DNA from: Octopus bimaculoides
Taxonomy: Eukaryota
Direction: 5' to 3'
Length of the DNA stretch: 64,000 bases
Assembly: GCF_001194135.2 (NCBI RefSeq)
Contig: NC_069004.1
Span: forward strand, 16,199,427-16,263,426
Part shown: positions 40,551-53,020 of the stretch, piece by piece
Position numbering within the stretch: position 1 is the first letter of the stretch
Layout: every line of letters starts with the position of its first letter
Position numbers and translations under genes: made by a program
The notes under the pieces: generated by a model
What the model saw: the letters and a program-made list of their open reading frames with translations, nothing else
Database searches by the model: none
Told to the model about the DNA's origin: nothing

Positions 40551-41062
40551 AAGTATATATATCTCTAAAATTACAAATAATGGTTTCTTATATGACCACT
40601 TGATGTCAGGTTTATAGAGGAGGAAAATGAGCTGCTTGATATTCATGCTTTTCCCAAGAACCTAGCAGTAGAACCGAAGTTTGAATCTTCTTACTTCACA
40701 TTTTCTTCCTCAAGCCTTGAATTATGTCTTGAAAGTCAGTCCAATATTTTCTTGAACCTTAATATATATATGTGAGGACAGTGAGTTGTTTAAGTGATCA
40801 CATAGAGGGTCCCTTGTTGGCTAGGGGTATTTAGTCTAGCTCATTGTAAAGCATTAAGTTTAATTCTGTTTTTTTTTTTATATATATATATTCTGAGTTG
40901 AAATTCTAGCCTTGCCTTTTATTTTCATCCCTCACATACGTATACTCTTATTTGCTATAATGAATACTTTGTAAATAATGAAACCCACCATTTTATTACA
41001 TGAACACGTGGTCAGTGCCATTTTATAATTAAATTATCAATTAATCTCATTTCCGGCTGCAG

Positions 41063-41124
41063 CTCAGTATTTTTTGTGTGCATGCTATTTATCAAGTCAG
41101 TTTCTACAATACCTGCAAGTGAAG
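41063..41124 (+). CDS. Candidate host exon (phase 1-0, QYFLCACYLSSQFLQYLQVK)
   Basis: ttccggctgcAG acceptor; GAAG|GTAAAA donor. A second frame is also open, so the frame is uncertain. Confidence 0.35.
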
Positions 41125-42154
41125 GTAAAAGTTATGCCTCTGCTGCTGAATTCTTATAATCTGAAACAGAGTCATCTCCCTTACTTGTTTGGTCAAAGAA
41201 TGATGTTAACTCCTAAAATTCTTCTTAATCATTTCATTTAACTCTACTGTTTTATATTTCTCATGTTGAATACACTGGAAAGAAATAAAAGTAATCTCCA
41301 TTATGCAGTCAGCTTCTGTTTGTAATTAAATTATTAATTAGTACCAGCAGCATACTAGGATAGAATCAATTTATAATATCCCCTTTCCTTACAATAATTA
41401 ACTTTGTGCCTAATGAAAAAAAAAGTTTCTATTGAAGCAATAAAGGTACATGCAGCAGTTGTTGACAATTTCATTTGTGTATTTATTGACACCTGTGCTA
41501 ATGTAATTTGAACACTTGAACAGCTTAACTTCGTTTAGACTTGTCAGCTGACTGAAGAAGCTAAGTTACAGTTTTAAATCCAAATTGCAACTGATTGTTT
41601 TTTCATTGTAATATTTAACTCTCATCACTTTAATTTCATTTTACTTTCAGTTTCTTTCCGCTGTTCTCCTTTTAATGCATATTCCTAACACACAATTAAT
41701 TACTTTCCTACTCACTCTGGGTTGTTATGTAATTTTTCTTCCACACTTAATGTAAAAATCTACCTCGGCAGATGACTAATTCCAGACATTAATAGGTTGT
41801 ATGTGTATCTTTCATCATTTTGGTTTGTTTATTGCCTCTGTATCTTAGTATTTTGGTAAAAAGAAATTGATAGAAAGAATACCAGCTTTAAAAATAAGTA
41901 CTGAGCTTGATTTGATCAACTAAACCCTTCAGTGCCTTAACATGGTTCCAATCCAATGAATAAAATGAGTAAGATTACAGGTGCAGGTGTGGTTGTGTGG
42001 TAAGAAGTTTGCTTTCCAACCACTTAATTCCAGGTTCATTCCCACTGCATGGCACCTTAGGTAAGTGCCTCCTACTGTAACCTTGGACCAACAAAAGCCT
42101 TGTGAGTGGATTTGGTTGATGAAAACTGAAGGAAGCCTGTCATATATACCCTCG

Positions 42155-42960
42155 CTGGATAAACCTGTTGCCTAGCTTTCCTCTTGGCTACCTGATATAG
42201 CTTTTTGTTGCCTCCATTTCTCCAATCTTTCCAAGCTTGTTTCCTTGCTTGTATGGCCCTATCCACTTCACTCTTCCACCACCAAGTCACTCTCTGTCTG
42301 GCAGAGACTTTGCCCAAACCACAGGTTTGGTCTGCAGTTTTCAGAAGGTTGTCTCATAGGAACTTCCAGTTGTTCTCTGTTATATGCCACAACCTGTGAC
42401 TGTTCGATGGACCTTTGAGCTTCCATAACTTTCTTTTCCAAACTGGTTTGCATCTCTGCATCCATCTAACCCTAAGTTTGAAGCTGTTAACCACTAACTT
42501 ATGTTGAGTTATACATTCCTCACTGGGAAAAGGCTTTCATTTATAAGCATCTGTCTATCCCTGTCTTTGGTGAGGATGTATTCAATCTAGCTTGAGTCCT
42601 TACCAGACTGATAAGTAGTTCGATGGTTGGCTGGTTTCTTGAAGTTAGTTTGCAGACCAGCAAATCATTTGCATCACAGAACTCCAGAAGTCCTGTTCTG
42701 TCCTCATTTCTATGCCAAAGTTAAAACCTCCATGCACATCATAGAATCCATTGGCATGTTGCCCGACATGACCACTGAAGTCGCCAGGTACAGTAATAAG
42801 GTCATTGCAGAAGGGGCTTAGAAACAGTCTTTCTGTTTATCTGCTAGTCCAGCATGTGGAGCATATGCAGAGGTAAATGTCACTGTTACATTATATAAGA
42901 CTATTCTTAACTTGATAATCCTATCACATACCCTGACTATTTCAATCATCTTATCTATGT
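42155..42960 (-). mobile_element. RTE LINE fragment (EN to RT linker)
   Basis: TFTSAYAPHAG and VTWWWKSEVDRAIQARKQAWKDW...YQVAKRKAR. Confidence 0.8.
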
Positions 42961-45900
42961 AATTGTATACATGTATACGTGTAGATAAGCATAGGTACCT
43001 AAAAACTGTATGTGTGGTTATGTGGACATGTTATGTAAACCCATAGAAGTGCATACATTCTTTTACGTACTATACATTTGCACATGTATTCATGTGCGTG
43101 CCCAACTTTAATAAGGGTGGAGGTTGGATGGGCAGGAGAGAGATAGTTTTAGCAGCTGCCCATTAGTTTTTGCTTAAATAGGACCCCAGTCACATGGGTT
43201 CATCTCTTGGCAAATTTAAGAATTTATTCACCCAAACAGGGAATTTAAGTATATTCATTACTACCACTACTGCGACAACAAATAATAATATTCATTGTCA
43301 TGGCATGTGCAATAGGCTACAGTGAAGTGATGTGGACGTTAAAATAAAAGTTATTGAAATACTAATTCACAGATGTTCTAGCAATGAAAATGTGAAAATA
43401 ATAAAGCAATGTTAATATAGAAAAAGTGAATCATTGGTTTTTTCCATTTGTGGGTTATAGGATCGGAAAGAAGGTGAAAGTGAATGAGTAATTATATTTT
43501 ATTGACAAGACAAAAGAGAAAAAAAAAAAAGAAATTTTCATAGGGTAAAGTAAAGTGCTTTATCTCGGAGACAGATTTTTAGCTCCTGTCTTGGTCAACT
43601 ACAAGGAGCAATTTTAGCAGCTGTTCATTGGTCTTTGCTTAAATAAGACTCCATATACATGGGTTCATCTACTGGCAAATTTAAGACTCTATGTACACAA
43701 ACGGAAATTTAAGTATATTTATGACTGGCATCTGAGAGAGGCTACAGTGCAATGACATGGAGATTAAAATAGAGGCTGATTAAGTGATGTTGTGTTAGTT
43801 TTGAGGGCATCAGTTGGGAGTGGATGAAATATAATTTAGTAGAATTACCAATCCTCTAGGTGCCAGACATGGTATTGGACTAGATTTTGGATTAGTGGTT
43901 TTGGTTTGTGTACTCTAAGCGGACTACATTGCATTTGGTTGAAGCATTTACCATTAGCTCATAACAGCTGGGCTAACCTATCTGTATGTACTACAAGATT
44001 GTGTAATTCACTAATGTAAGCAGCAGCAACTTTGGCTTTGGTGGCTTGTATGCCATCTTCTGTAGACTAGTGTCTTATCCTGGGGGAAATTTCACTTTCA
44101 TTTAACATTGCAGGTAGCAATAAGCCCCTAGCCTATGGACCAGAAGGCATTAGTTGTGGGTTTTTTTACTTGTATAAAATAGATAGTGGTTATTGATCAG
44201 TGATACATGTCTCTTGACACTGCTCCTCTTTCTTCACGGAATTTGTATGGCTCCATTTAACATTTAATGTACAATGAACTGCAGACTATGCTGAAAGTCA
44301 AAATGCTGACAATGCAAAATGCCAATGAGGCAAAATGCTAACAGTCAATTTTATTTAGTAATAATAATAACAACAATAATAATAAACATTCATTTTAAGA
44401 CTGAAGCATTTTATTAAATACAAGGTTGTCGAAGAGTGTATTTAGTAAAAATATCAAAATTAACTTTAAAAAAAAAAACTAAAGCAGTTCATATTAAAAA
44501 GAAGGTTGCTAAAAATAATTTGTTTTAAAATTGATGCAATTTATTAAAATAAAAGTATAAATTTGTGAGAGACTGACATTCATATATAAAAGAAATTATT
44601 TCAATTATTTTATTATTATAAAGGTGAGTGATGGATTGGCAGAGTAGTGAGAATTTACATCTTGTATGTTGTGAGTTCAAATCCTGCTGAAGTCAACTTT
44701 ACCTCTCACCTTTCTGTGGTCTGTAAAATAAAGTAGCAGTCAAATATTGGAGTCAGTATAATTGACTAACCCTCCTCTCCTCCCATCAAATTGATGACCT
44801 TGTGCTCATGTTAGAAACTATCATGGGGGCAATGGCAGTGGTAGCATTAAAATGCCAGACAAAATGCCTTGTGGTATTTAGCTACAACCCTTTATGTTCT
44901 GAATTCAAATACTACCAAAGTCAATTTTGCCTTCCAAAGAATAAAACACCAACTGAGTACTGAGGGTCAATTTAATTAAATTACTCCTGCTCTAAATTTT
45001 TGGCTTTGTATGAATATTAGTAACATTAATATTACTATCGTAGGCAAGTCCACATAAATGGGGGACTACTGGCATATTCAATTTCATCCCTTGGTATTCT
45101 TATTTCAAGTCTGTGCTAGGTCAGATTTACCTCCATTTAGGATGGAGTTGATCTAATGCTTTGTAGTCCTTCATTTAAATCTACAACATTGGCAGGCTTG
45201 CACATCAGACAAGGGATTATTGATGCTGTTGTTTGGACATTTCAATATATAGATATGCCTGATTCTTGAAAATAGATTATGTGGTTCCTGCTACTGTTTC
45301 TGTTGTTGATACTGATCAGAGATTTAGTTATTGTTGTTCAACTGACTCAGTTCTTTGAGACTCAATTATAGAATAAACAATACCATCAAACATTCTAAAG
45401 TTTAATTTTCTTTCTAGGAAACATTTTTAATGTAATTAATTAACCATTTATTTGTTTGTTTTGCTCTGATTTGTTACAAATCACTTCCAGTCAAATGATC
45501 ATTCTGGATTATGGCATCTCTCTTTCCACCCCATCACATTGCATCCTTCTCTCTTTCCCCACACCTCACCCATTTATCTTCTCTTTTTGTTTCATGATGA
45601 GTTTTAATTATAATTATTTGAATAAATCTGCCTTAGATTTCTGACCTAATCAGCTCTTAGATTGCTGGGTGGCTTTTATTTTGATTGTGTGTATTAGTGT
45701 TCATGTGGATGTGTGTTGATGCATATACAGTCTGTGTGTTTATGGTGTAAGTGTTGATGTGTGTGTTTGTATGTGTGCATGCATGTGAATGTGTGTGTAA
45801 GTGTGTGTGCACGCATGCGTGCGCTTCAGAAGAAGATTAGAGAAGACATTGAGTGACTGGAGACAATTGCTGAATCGTTTGTTCTAATTAATTGTGATAT

Positions 45901-46131
45901 CAAAAAATAAATATTTAAATAAATACAAACAAAAGCAGGCTTTGCTTCTAGTGTATCACACAATTCTGAAATTGGTATGTGTTCATTTAGGATTATGGAA
46001 GAGGTGTTTGTATGAGTGCAAGAGTATTGTGTCTTTGGAGAAGGAATGTCTGTATTGGTAGGAATATTAATATATGCTCTGCAGTGGTCATTACATTCAT
46101 ATATTTAAAAACACACTGGCACACATGTGTT

Positions 46132-46231
<100 letters not shown>

Positions 46232-46235
46232 CATA

Positions 46236-47455
46236 CAGGGTGCATCAATTTTTGTTGAAGTTATTTGTATGAACTTGAAAAAGGATACAGCTCATTAAAG
46301 AAAAGCTGTATTTGAAAACAAATTGATACAAATAATCTTAAGAATTCTTTTATCACACGTATTCAATGAATACACTGTTAGTATCGATGGCAGCTTCAAT
46401 TTGGGTTTGGAAGACTTGACATGATTGAATCAGATGATCTTCATCAATTTTGAACATAGTGCTGGTTATGACAGGCTTGAGAGATTGTATGGTGTTGATT
46501 GACCTCTCTCTCAGCTATGCTCCATATGTTCAGTGGATTAAGGCCTGGTGAGCTAGGAGGGCATTTGTCTGAGAGAACATGATCATGGAGATTGGCATGC
46601 ATCCATGCTTGGGTTCTCTTATCCTAATGAGACAGCTTGGAGTCTTGTGGAAGATGTAATGTCTTCTATTGCATATTTTGTCAACCCAGAACCTCACAAC
46701 TTTCTCCACCTTTGTGTAGACAGCAGCATTGAAGAAAAGTGAGGAGGCATGACATCTCCCTCATTGCTGATGACTCCCAGAACCACCAGAGTTGCTAGGA
46801 ACTTAGAATGCATGGCTGTTGGAACCTCATTCAGGTTTCTGCATAACCATCTGTCATTTCTTTGGTTTACCTTTTGATCCTGATCAAAGTTTTTTCTCCT
46901 TGGAGAAAAATCAAAGCATTCTAGCCGCCTGCTGTTTTAACTTGTTTAGCAAGCACTCTGCATGGCTTGAACAATTCTTTGTCATCGCATCCAACATAAA
47001 CTGACTCTTCCTCATCACATACAACTTGTACCAGAATTCCGCATACGTAGCTCTTCTGATGGTGCATTCTGAAACCTTGAGGTCCTTTGCAATGACACTG
47101 ATTGACTTTTGGGGTTTTTATCAATTACTTCTTGGACTGTTTTTGTACAAAGTCAATTGTTCTGTGGCATTAGGGTACTGTGCATGCATTTTGAATTTAG
47201 CTGTTGATGCTGGATCCTTATCAGTTGCTTTCAGCTCCTTTCAAATTTTGACATCAAAAGATTGGGCAACTTCCAGGAAGCAAGCTACCTTTGTATTGCT
47301 ATGCTGCACATTTAAGGCAACAATTACAGCATGCCTTTTCATTTCCTTAGTCAGCATGAGGTCTGACATTATTCATCTTGAAAGTAAGGCAAAAAATATT
47401 AGAAGAAAATTAGAGCTCTTGAAAGAGGTGTACTCAAAAAATCTGATGCACCCTG
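46236..47455 (-). mobile_element. Full-length Tc1/mariner-superfamily transposon (maT/DD37D-like), transposase pseudogene
   Basis: TIR CAGGGTGCATCA at both ends, with TA on the left. Minus-strand degenerate FFSKEKNFDQDQKVNQRNDRW, VISNEGDVMPPHFF and CPPSSPGLNPLN. Confidence 0.85.
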
Positions 47456-47812
47456 TTTATATATAAGCCTAGTTAGAGATGAATTTATAAAGATGTGTAT
47501 TTGTATGTCCAAGTATTTGGTGTATGCACATGGAAAACGAATGTTAAATGGTTATGATATATGTGTATGTATATGTGACTGGTTAGAGATGAAGTTATAA
47601 AAAAAAAAATGTACATTCACACACACACACACACACACATGCAGAGAGAGAGATGCAGATGTGGTTATGTAGTAAGTAGTTTGCTTTCCAACCACATGGT
47701 TCCAAGTTCAATTCCACAGTGTGTGAACTTTGGACAAGTGTCTTATACTATAGCCCTGGGCCATTCGAAGTCTTGTGAGTGGATTTGGTGGCTGGAACTA
47801 AAAGAAGCCTGT

Positions 47813-47846
<34 letters not shown>

Positions 47847-47949
47847 CACACACAATTATTATTATTTCATTTAGGCATAGTGTTATTAATAACCTGGTGT
47901 TAGAACTCAATATTCATGTGCTTCAAAATAAAGCATCAGAACAGTAATA

Positions 47950-48195
47950 AGAAATTAAATAAATGACAAGTGAATAAGAAATTATGTCATCGACTTCTTT
48001 AGCTTACAGCTGTTTCTGCTATAAGATGCAATCCACTCATAGATGAGTGCACTTCATTTTTGAAACTCCAATGAAGCTATAGGCTCATGCACAAGCACTC
48101 AACTATGAATGTATTGCATCTTATAGCAGAAACAGCTGTAAGCTAATGAAGTTCAAGACATGATTTCTTATTCTTTTGTCATTTATTTAATTTCT
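47950..48195. mobile_element. Foldback element with ~95-bp inverted arms ending in GAAAC-AGCT-GTA
   Basis: Arms are about 90% identical by eye; GAAACAGCTGTA at 48129-48140 (+) and 48005-48016 (-). Confidence 0.8.
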
Positions 48196-49646
48196 CTCTC
48201 TCTCTCTAACCATGTACCTCCTCTATAGTAATGATAAGACATCTGTTTCTGTCTCTATGGTCACACTCTAACCTTTCATCATCTGACACAAGACCCCCTC
48301 CCTTCTCAAAATTTCTTGTCTTGCAAGGTACTTGGTGACCTTGCTGGTGCTGTTATCATGTAAAAAGCATCCAGCCCACATTATGAAGTAGTTGGCATTT
48401 GGAAGGGCATCCATATGTAAAAACCATGCCAAAACTGACCTCACCTGTGCTGGTGTCACATAAAAAGCACTCAGTCCACTCTGTGGGGGTGCTTGGTGTT
48501 AGTAAGGGCACCCAGCTGTAAAAACCCTGCCAAGACGGACACAGTAGCCTGGAGTAGTCTTCTTCCTGGTCAGCTCCTGTCAAACTGTCCAACTTATGCC
48601 AGCATAGAAGGCAGACATTGAATGATGATGTATGTATGTACAGGTGTATTATCATCTTACCTTGACATTACATCACCATAATGCTATCAGTATCCTTTGT
48701 TTTCAATATTCTGTGAAAATAGTATCTGGACATGGGGAAATGTAACCTTACTTGAAACAGGTGATGGTTGGCAAAGAAAATCTGCCTCAACAAATTCCAT
48801 GTAACCCATGCAAGCTTAGAAAAGTGGACATTAAAACAATGATGATGATGATGAAGATGTGTGTGTCTAAATACGTATATCTGTTATGTATATGCATATA
48901 CTTGAAAGAGGTATATACAATGCGAATAATGTACATATAAATATACATGTTGGCATAACAGTTTCTGTGTGTGTGTGCATAAAATATATTCAAACCTACA
49001 CGCATAGCAATTTCATTTCAAGCATATTTTGAGAAAAACAGTATAAACGGCTTGATTCATTTCACATACATACAAATCCCTTTTTCTCTTTATGCTTTTA
49101 ATGAGGTTTTCAAAGTTACAGAATTTAATTAGATTAGCCACAATAAAGTAATTATGTATATTACTAATTTAATATTTTTTACTTTGCAAATTATTAAGAC
49201 GTTTATATAAAACTTTCAAAATTCACCTCACATACTCTTAACATGAATTTAATTGATGTTTAACAACAAAGAAACAGAAAATTCAATTTGAAATTTAATT
49301 TTGTATTTCCAAATATAGATGTTTATATTTGTTTGCAATTGTTGGAAAATTGTATTTTTCAAACTACATTGAGAAAGTGATATTATTTTCATATATTTTT
49401 ATTGAAGCTTGTGTGTCAAGATGCAAGTGTGTGAGCACACATATTGTCCAAGAAGTACCACTCCATTAAAAATAAATAATAGGAATTTATGAAGTAAAAC
49501 ATGAATATACATGCATATGTATATACATATATACTTAAAATACATGCATGAAAGTATGTACACACACACACATGTATATAAATATATATGCGTATGTTAT
49601 GTATGTTTATATATATCTGTGTGTAAGCATATATATCTATGTGTAA

Positions 49647-49683
<37 letters not shown>

Positions 49684-49759
49684 CGTATGTATGTATACAT
49701 GTGTGTGTGTGTATATATATATATACGTATGTATGTATACATGTGTGTGTTTATGTCCA

Positions 49760-51800
49760 GTCATATAGTGATGATTGGTTTCATATCCATAAAATGCTTA
49801 GCTTTATAGATGACTCATCAGACTCCAATGGCCACGGGCATATAAACTCTCTTCAAACTGGAGGTAGAAAACCATTACAGTCATTTAATTTGTAAACAAA
49901 AGAATAATATGCACAGTCTGAGTGTATATTAAATGGGATGGGTTATCACCGTTAGACTGGTCTGGTCAGCAAATCTTATGGATTTATAAAGCAAATGGGG
50001 AATCTCCGCCCTGAGGCTGGTTCCGGTCCATAAACACTTTTTACAGCCTTAATCTATGAATGGGTAATCCCATACCTGCAGCAGGTAGCATTTGAAATGG
50101 GGGTAGAATTATAGATTTCATGTCTTGAGTTTAAGAGAAACTCTGGGTCCAGCAAGTCTTTAAGGATCCTTGCCTGCTCTGCTATGCAAAGTTTGCATCA
50201 TCTGCTCCTGTTTATAAAGGACCCCTGTTGCTCTATGATCCTCCATTTAATTTCATATGGAGTTTCTTCATCATTAAGGTACCACACATGGTTGGCCAAG
50301 GATGTGGTGTAATGTCTTTCCAAAACCCTAAGAGGACCTGTGGTTGTACAGGTGCCACTTGAAGGCGGTTCTGGGGCCAACCCAGTTTTTCTCCAAACTT
50401 GAGTGCTGGTTGAGTGCCTCTGGTATATCTTCCATTGGCTCTGGACCTGAAGTTTTTGTTGTTGCCACTGCTGTTGTTGGCGCGGTCATTGGTGTTGTAA
50501 TTACAGGGCGTGGGTCCAACGACACCATTGTTGTTGCCATTGCAGTAGTCATCCCCGACAATAGTGTTGGTGTTGCCAATGGTGTTGTGGCTGCCATTGC
50601 TGTTAATTCTGGGTATAAGACTGGTAGCTCTGCTAGTAGTGCTGGTGTTGGCATGATAGTCATCTCCAGCCGTAACACTGGTGCTGTGGTGCTGCTGTTT
50701 CTGCTACTGCCTCTGCCATTGCCATTGTTGTCGTCGATGTTGTTGGATGAGCCACTGCAGTTGTAGTTGTCAGTGTTACTCTTCCTGCCACTTAATGCAT
50801 TGCTGTCGCTTAATGGCTGCTGGTGCTGCCTCCACTATTACCATTGTTGTTGGATGAGCCACTGCTATTATTACTCTGGTTGTTAGGGCTGGATACTACC
50901 ACAGCCTCATATATGACTTCCTCAGCCTCACATTGCCCCCCCCCCCCATTGGGCAGTTATTGTACTCCCTGCATGAGCAACTGGCCTCTGCTCACATTTT
51001 ATGGGTGTTTGCCAATATTTTTTCTATGTTGGGAAGGAGCTAAAGGAGACCTTTAGGTTGTGCCTATTGAGCAGATGTCCATGCATGTTGTGTCTGTGTG
51101 AAGTGCTTGTCTACTAGCCAGAAGAATGTTCTTCTCACACAAGTCTTGACGTTGAGTTAGAAAGGTGGCCAGAACATCATCTCTGTAGAGACAAAAAGAG
51201 GACAGAAGAGAACTTCTTCCATAAAATGTTATCACTGTCATAGGCTTCCATTGCCACATTGAAGAAACCCTTGGGGTTGGATTGTTTGACCCAGGTCGAA
51301 CCTTTATTAAACAGCACTGTTTTCCTGGCATGCATGATGATGTCTATGTCTCTATCATTAATGTCAGTGAAGCCCCTTGCAAAGGAAAATGCCTTGATCA
51401 GTAACCCTTTTAATATAGACAGGTAAAAGTTGCCTATGTTGAATTGGGTGAACCTTGCTCTACCACTCCCTTGATTGGCGTTAAACCATGAAATCACCTT
51501 GTTGGTGCTGCACCATAAGGAGAGGTTGGAGGCTCTCCTTATGATCTTGCTTAGTATATATTTTCTCACCAGACCAATCTTGGATTTGGCTGAGTTGATC
51601 AGTCGGCATTTTGGGTTAGAGGCAAAGTTCAGTTTATTGTCTTTGATTGTGACGATGCCATTCCTCTTGGCTAATATTTCTACCCTATTGGCTATACCTA
51701 GGCTGTTGGTGAACTGTTTGGCTTCACTTTTAATGTTATATGTGTGCAGGGATTTAAATGGCACTGGATTTACTTCAGGAATTCCTTTTGTGTACATGGA
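49760..51800 (-). mobile_element. Penelope-like element 2 (RT and C-terminal GIY-YIG), 5'-truncated
   Basis: VTIKDNKLNFASNPKCRLINSAKSKIG, FTQFNIGNFY, IIMHARKTVLF, LYRDD, CSCR..CP..QCEAEEVIYEA, WVG..FKWHLYNHRSS, LANHVWYL..YEIKWRI, RCKLC. Confidence 0.9.
49764..49827 (-). ncRNA. CpG-decayed type-I hammerhead ribozyme motif at the 3' end of PLE 2
   Basis: ggagt-CTGATGA-gtcatctataaagctaagcattttatggatat-GAAAC-caatc-ATC-act. Stem II pairs; three deviations are explained by CpG deamination. Confidence 0.55.
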
Positions 51801-51867
51801 GCTTATAAAATATGAGACAGAAAATGGAATTCACAATATTCTTTACTGATCATTACGATCATTTCAG

Positions 51868-51963
51868 CCCACTGTATGTCAGTGGCTCACAAGTGAGATG
51901 CTATACAAACAATTGTGGTGCATCATTGGGGAAGATGTGTCTCATCAGGTGACTTGTCAAAAG
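51868..51963 (+). CDS. Candidate host exon (phase 0-0, PTVCQWLTSEMLYKQLWCIIGEDVSHQVTCQK)
   Basis: atcatttcAG acceptor; AAAG|GTACCT donor; 96 nt with only one open frame; phase-compatible with the next exon. Confidence 0.5.
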
Positions 51964-52389
51964 GTACCTCGTTTGTTATTCTACATTTCACTTATTTTGA
52001 TTAGAAAACATTTTGCTAGTTGTCTGTAGTTACTTGCATATACAAGAAATTTGAGTTATAATTTTGACTCAAGTTTCAGAAATCTTGAAATCACAAGATA
52101 ATGTGATTAATTCAAAACAATGTGAATAAATATGCATTACATTTACCAGAATAAGCTGAGTGCTAAAGGGTCAAGTGTTCCAAGTGATTTGTTTTGTTTA
52201 ACCAAACATCTGTGTGTTTGTGTATATTTCATGTCCACTCAGATATCAACAACAAACAATAGTAATAGTTTAATTTCTTTACTCTATTCAGATTCTGAAA
52301 ATACTGATATGTATAACCTATATCTTATATTTAAATTTATATTTTTGTATTTGTTTTATTTCATTTTCCTTATATTTTTTCTTCTGCAG

Positions 52390-52437
52390 GTTTTGGATAT
52401 TTTAACAAATAGCTGTGATTATCTCCCTTTAGGGAAA
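52390..52437 (+). CDS. Candidate host exon (phase 0-0, VLDILTNSCDYLPLGK)
   Basis: Long pyrimidine tract ending cttctgcAG; GTGAGT donor; 48-nt open frame. These are the best splice signals in the window. Confidence 0.55.
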
Positions 52438-52737
52438 GTGAGTTAATCTTTTGGAAAGTACTGCAAGCAATTTTGGAACATTTTCATTTTTTTTTTTTTT
52501 TAGTTATTCTACTTCCCTACAAATTTTTCATCAAAAAAGGTAATAGTACTATTTCACTAAATATTTTTGTTATAACTGAAATTTTGAATTATTTTTCTAT
52601 TGTTTCTGATCATTTATTAAATGTTATCTATGGAAACCAACTTCTTTCTGAAAATCTGTATGACTGTTTGTCTCTTTCTTTCTCCCCTCCCCCTCCATCT
52701 CTGCTCTAATCTTTATTGGCTGGTGAGATTCCTACAG

Positions 52738-52784
52738 ATGGTTTTGTCATTGTGTACAGTTTATTTTAAAAGCAAATCAGCCGA
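52738..52784 (+). CDS. Candidate host exon (phase 0-2, MVLSLCTVYFKSKSA)
   Basis: ttcctacAG acceptor; GTAAAG donor; in frame with the preceding candidate. Confidence 0.35.
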
Positions 52785-52984
52785 GTAAAGTCCATCTCTT
52801 TTATTCTGTTAGCTTACTATTGGCTGCTGTTACAAATTCAGTTGTGCAAGGAGTAAGTGAAGAAGGAAATGACTCAAGCAGGAGGGGAACCTGTACCTAA
52901 CTCAGCTTGTTGGGATTTTATATTAACTTCTTCACACACATACACACATGGGAGCACACATGCATACATGCACACACACACACA

Positions 52985-53020
<36 letters not shown>

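Noticed and set aside
52737-52770. Peptide DGFVIVYSLF resembling a Ras-family motif
   Set aside because: Followed immediately by a stop, with no other GTPase motifs nearby. A different frame fits the neighbouring exons.
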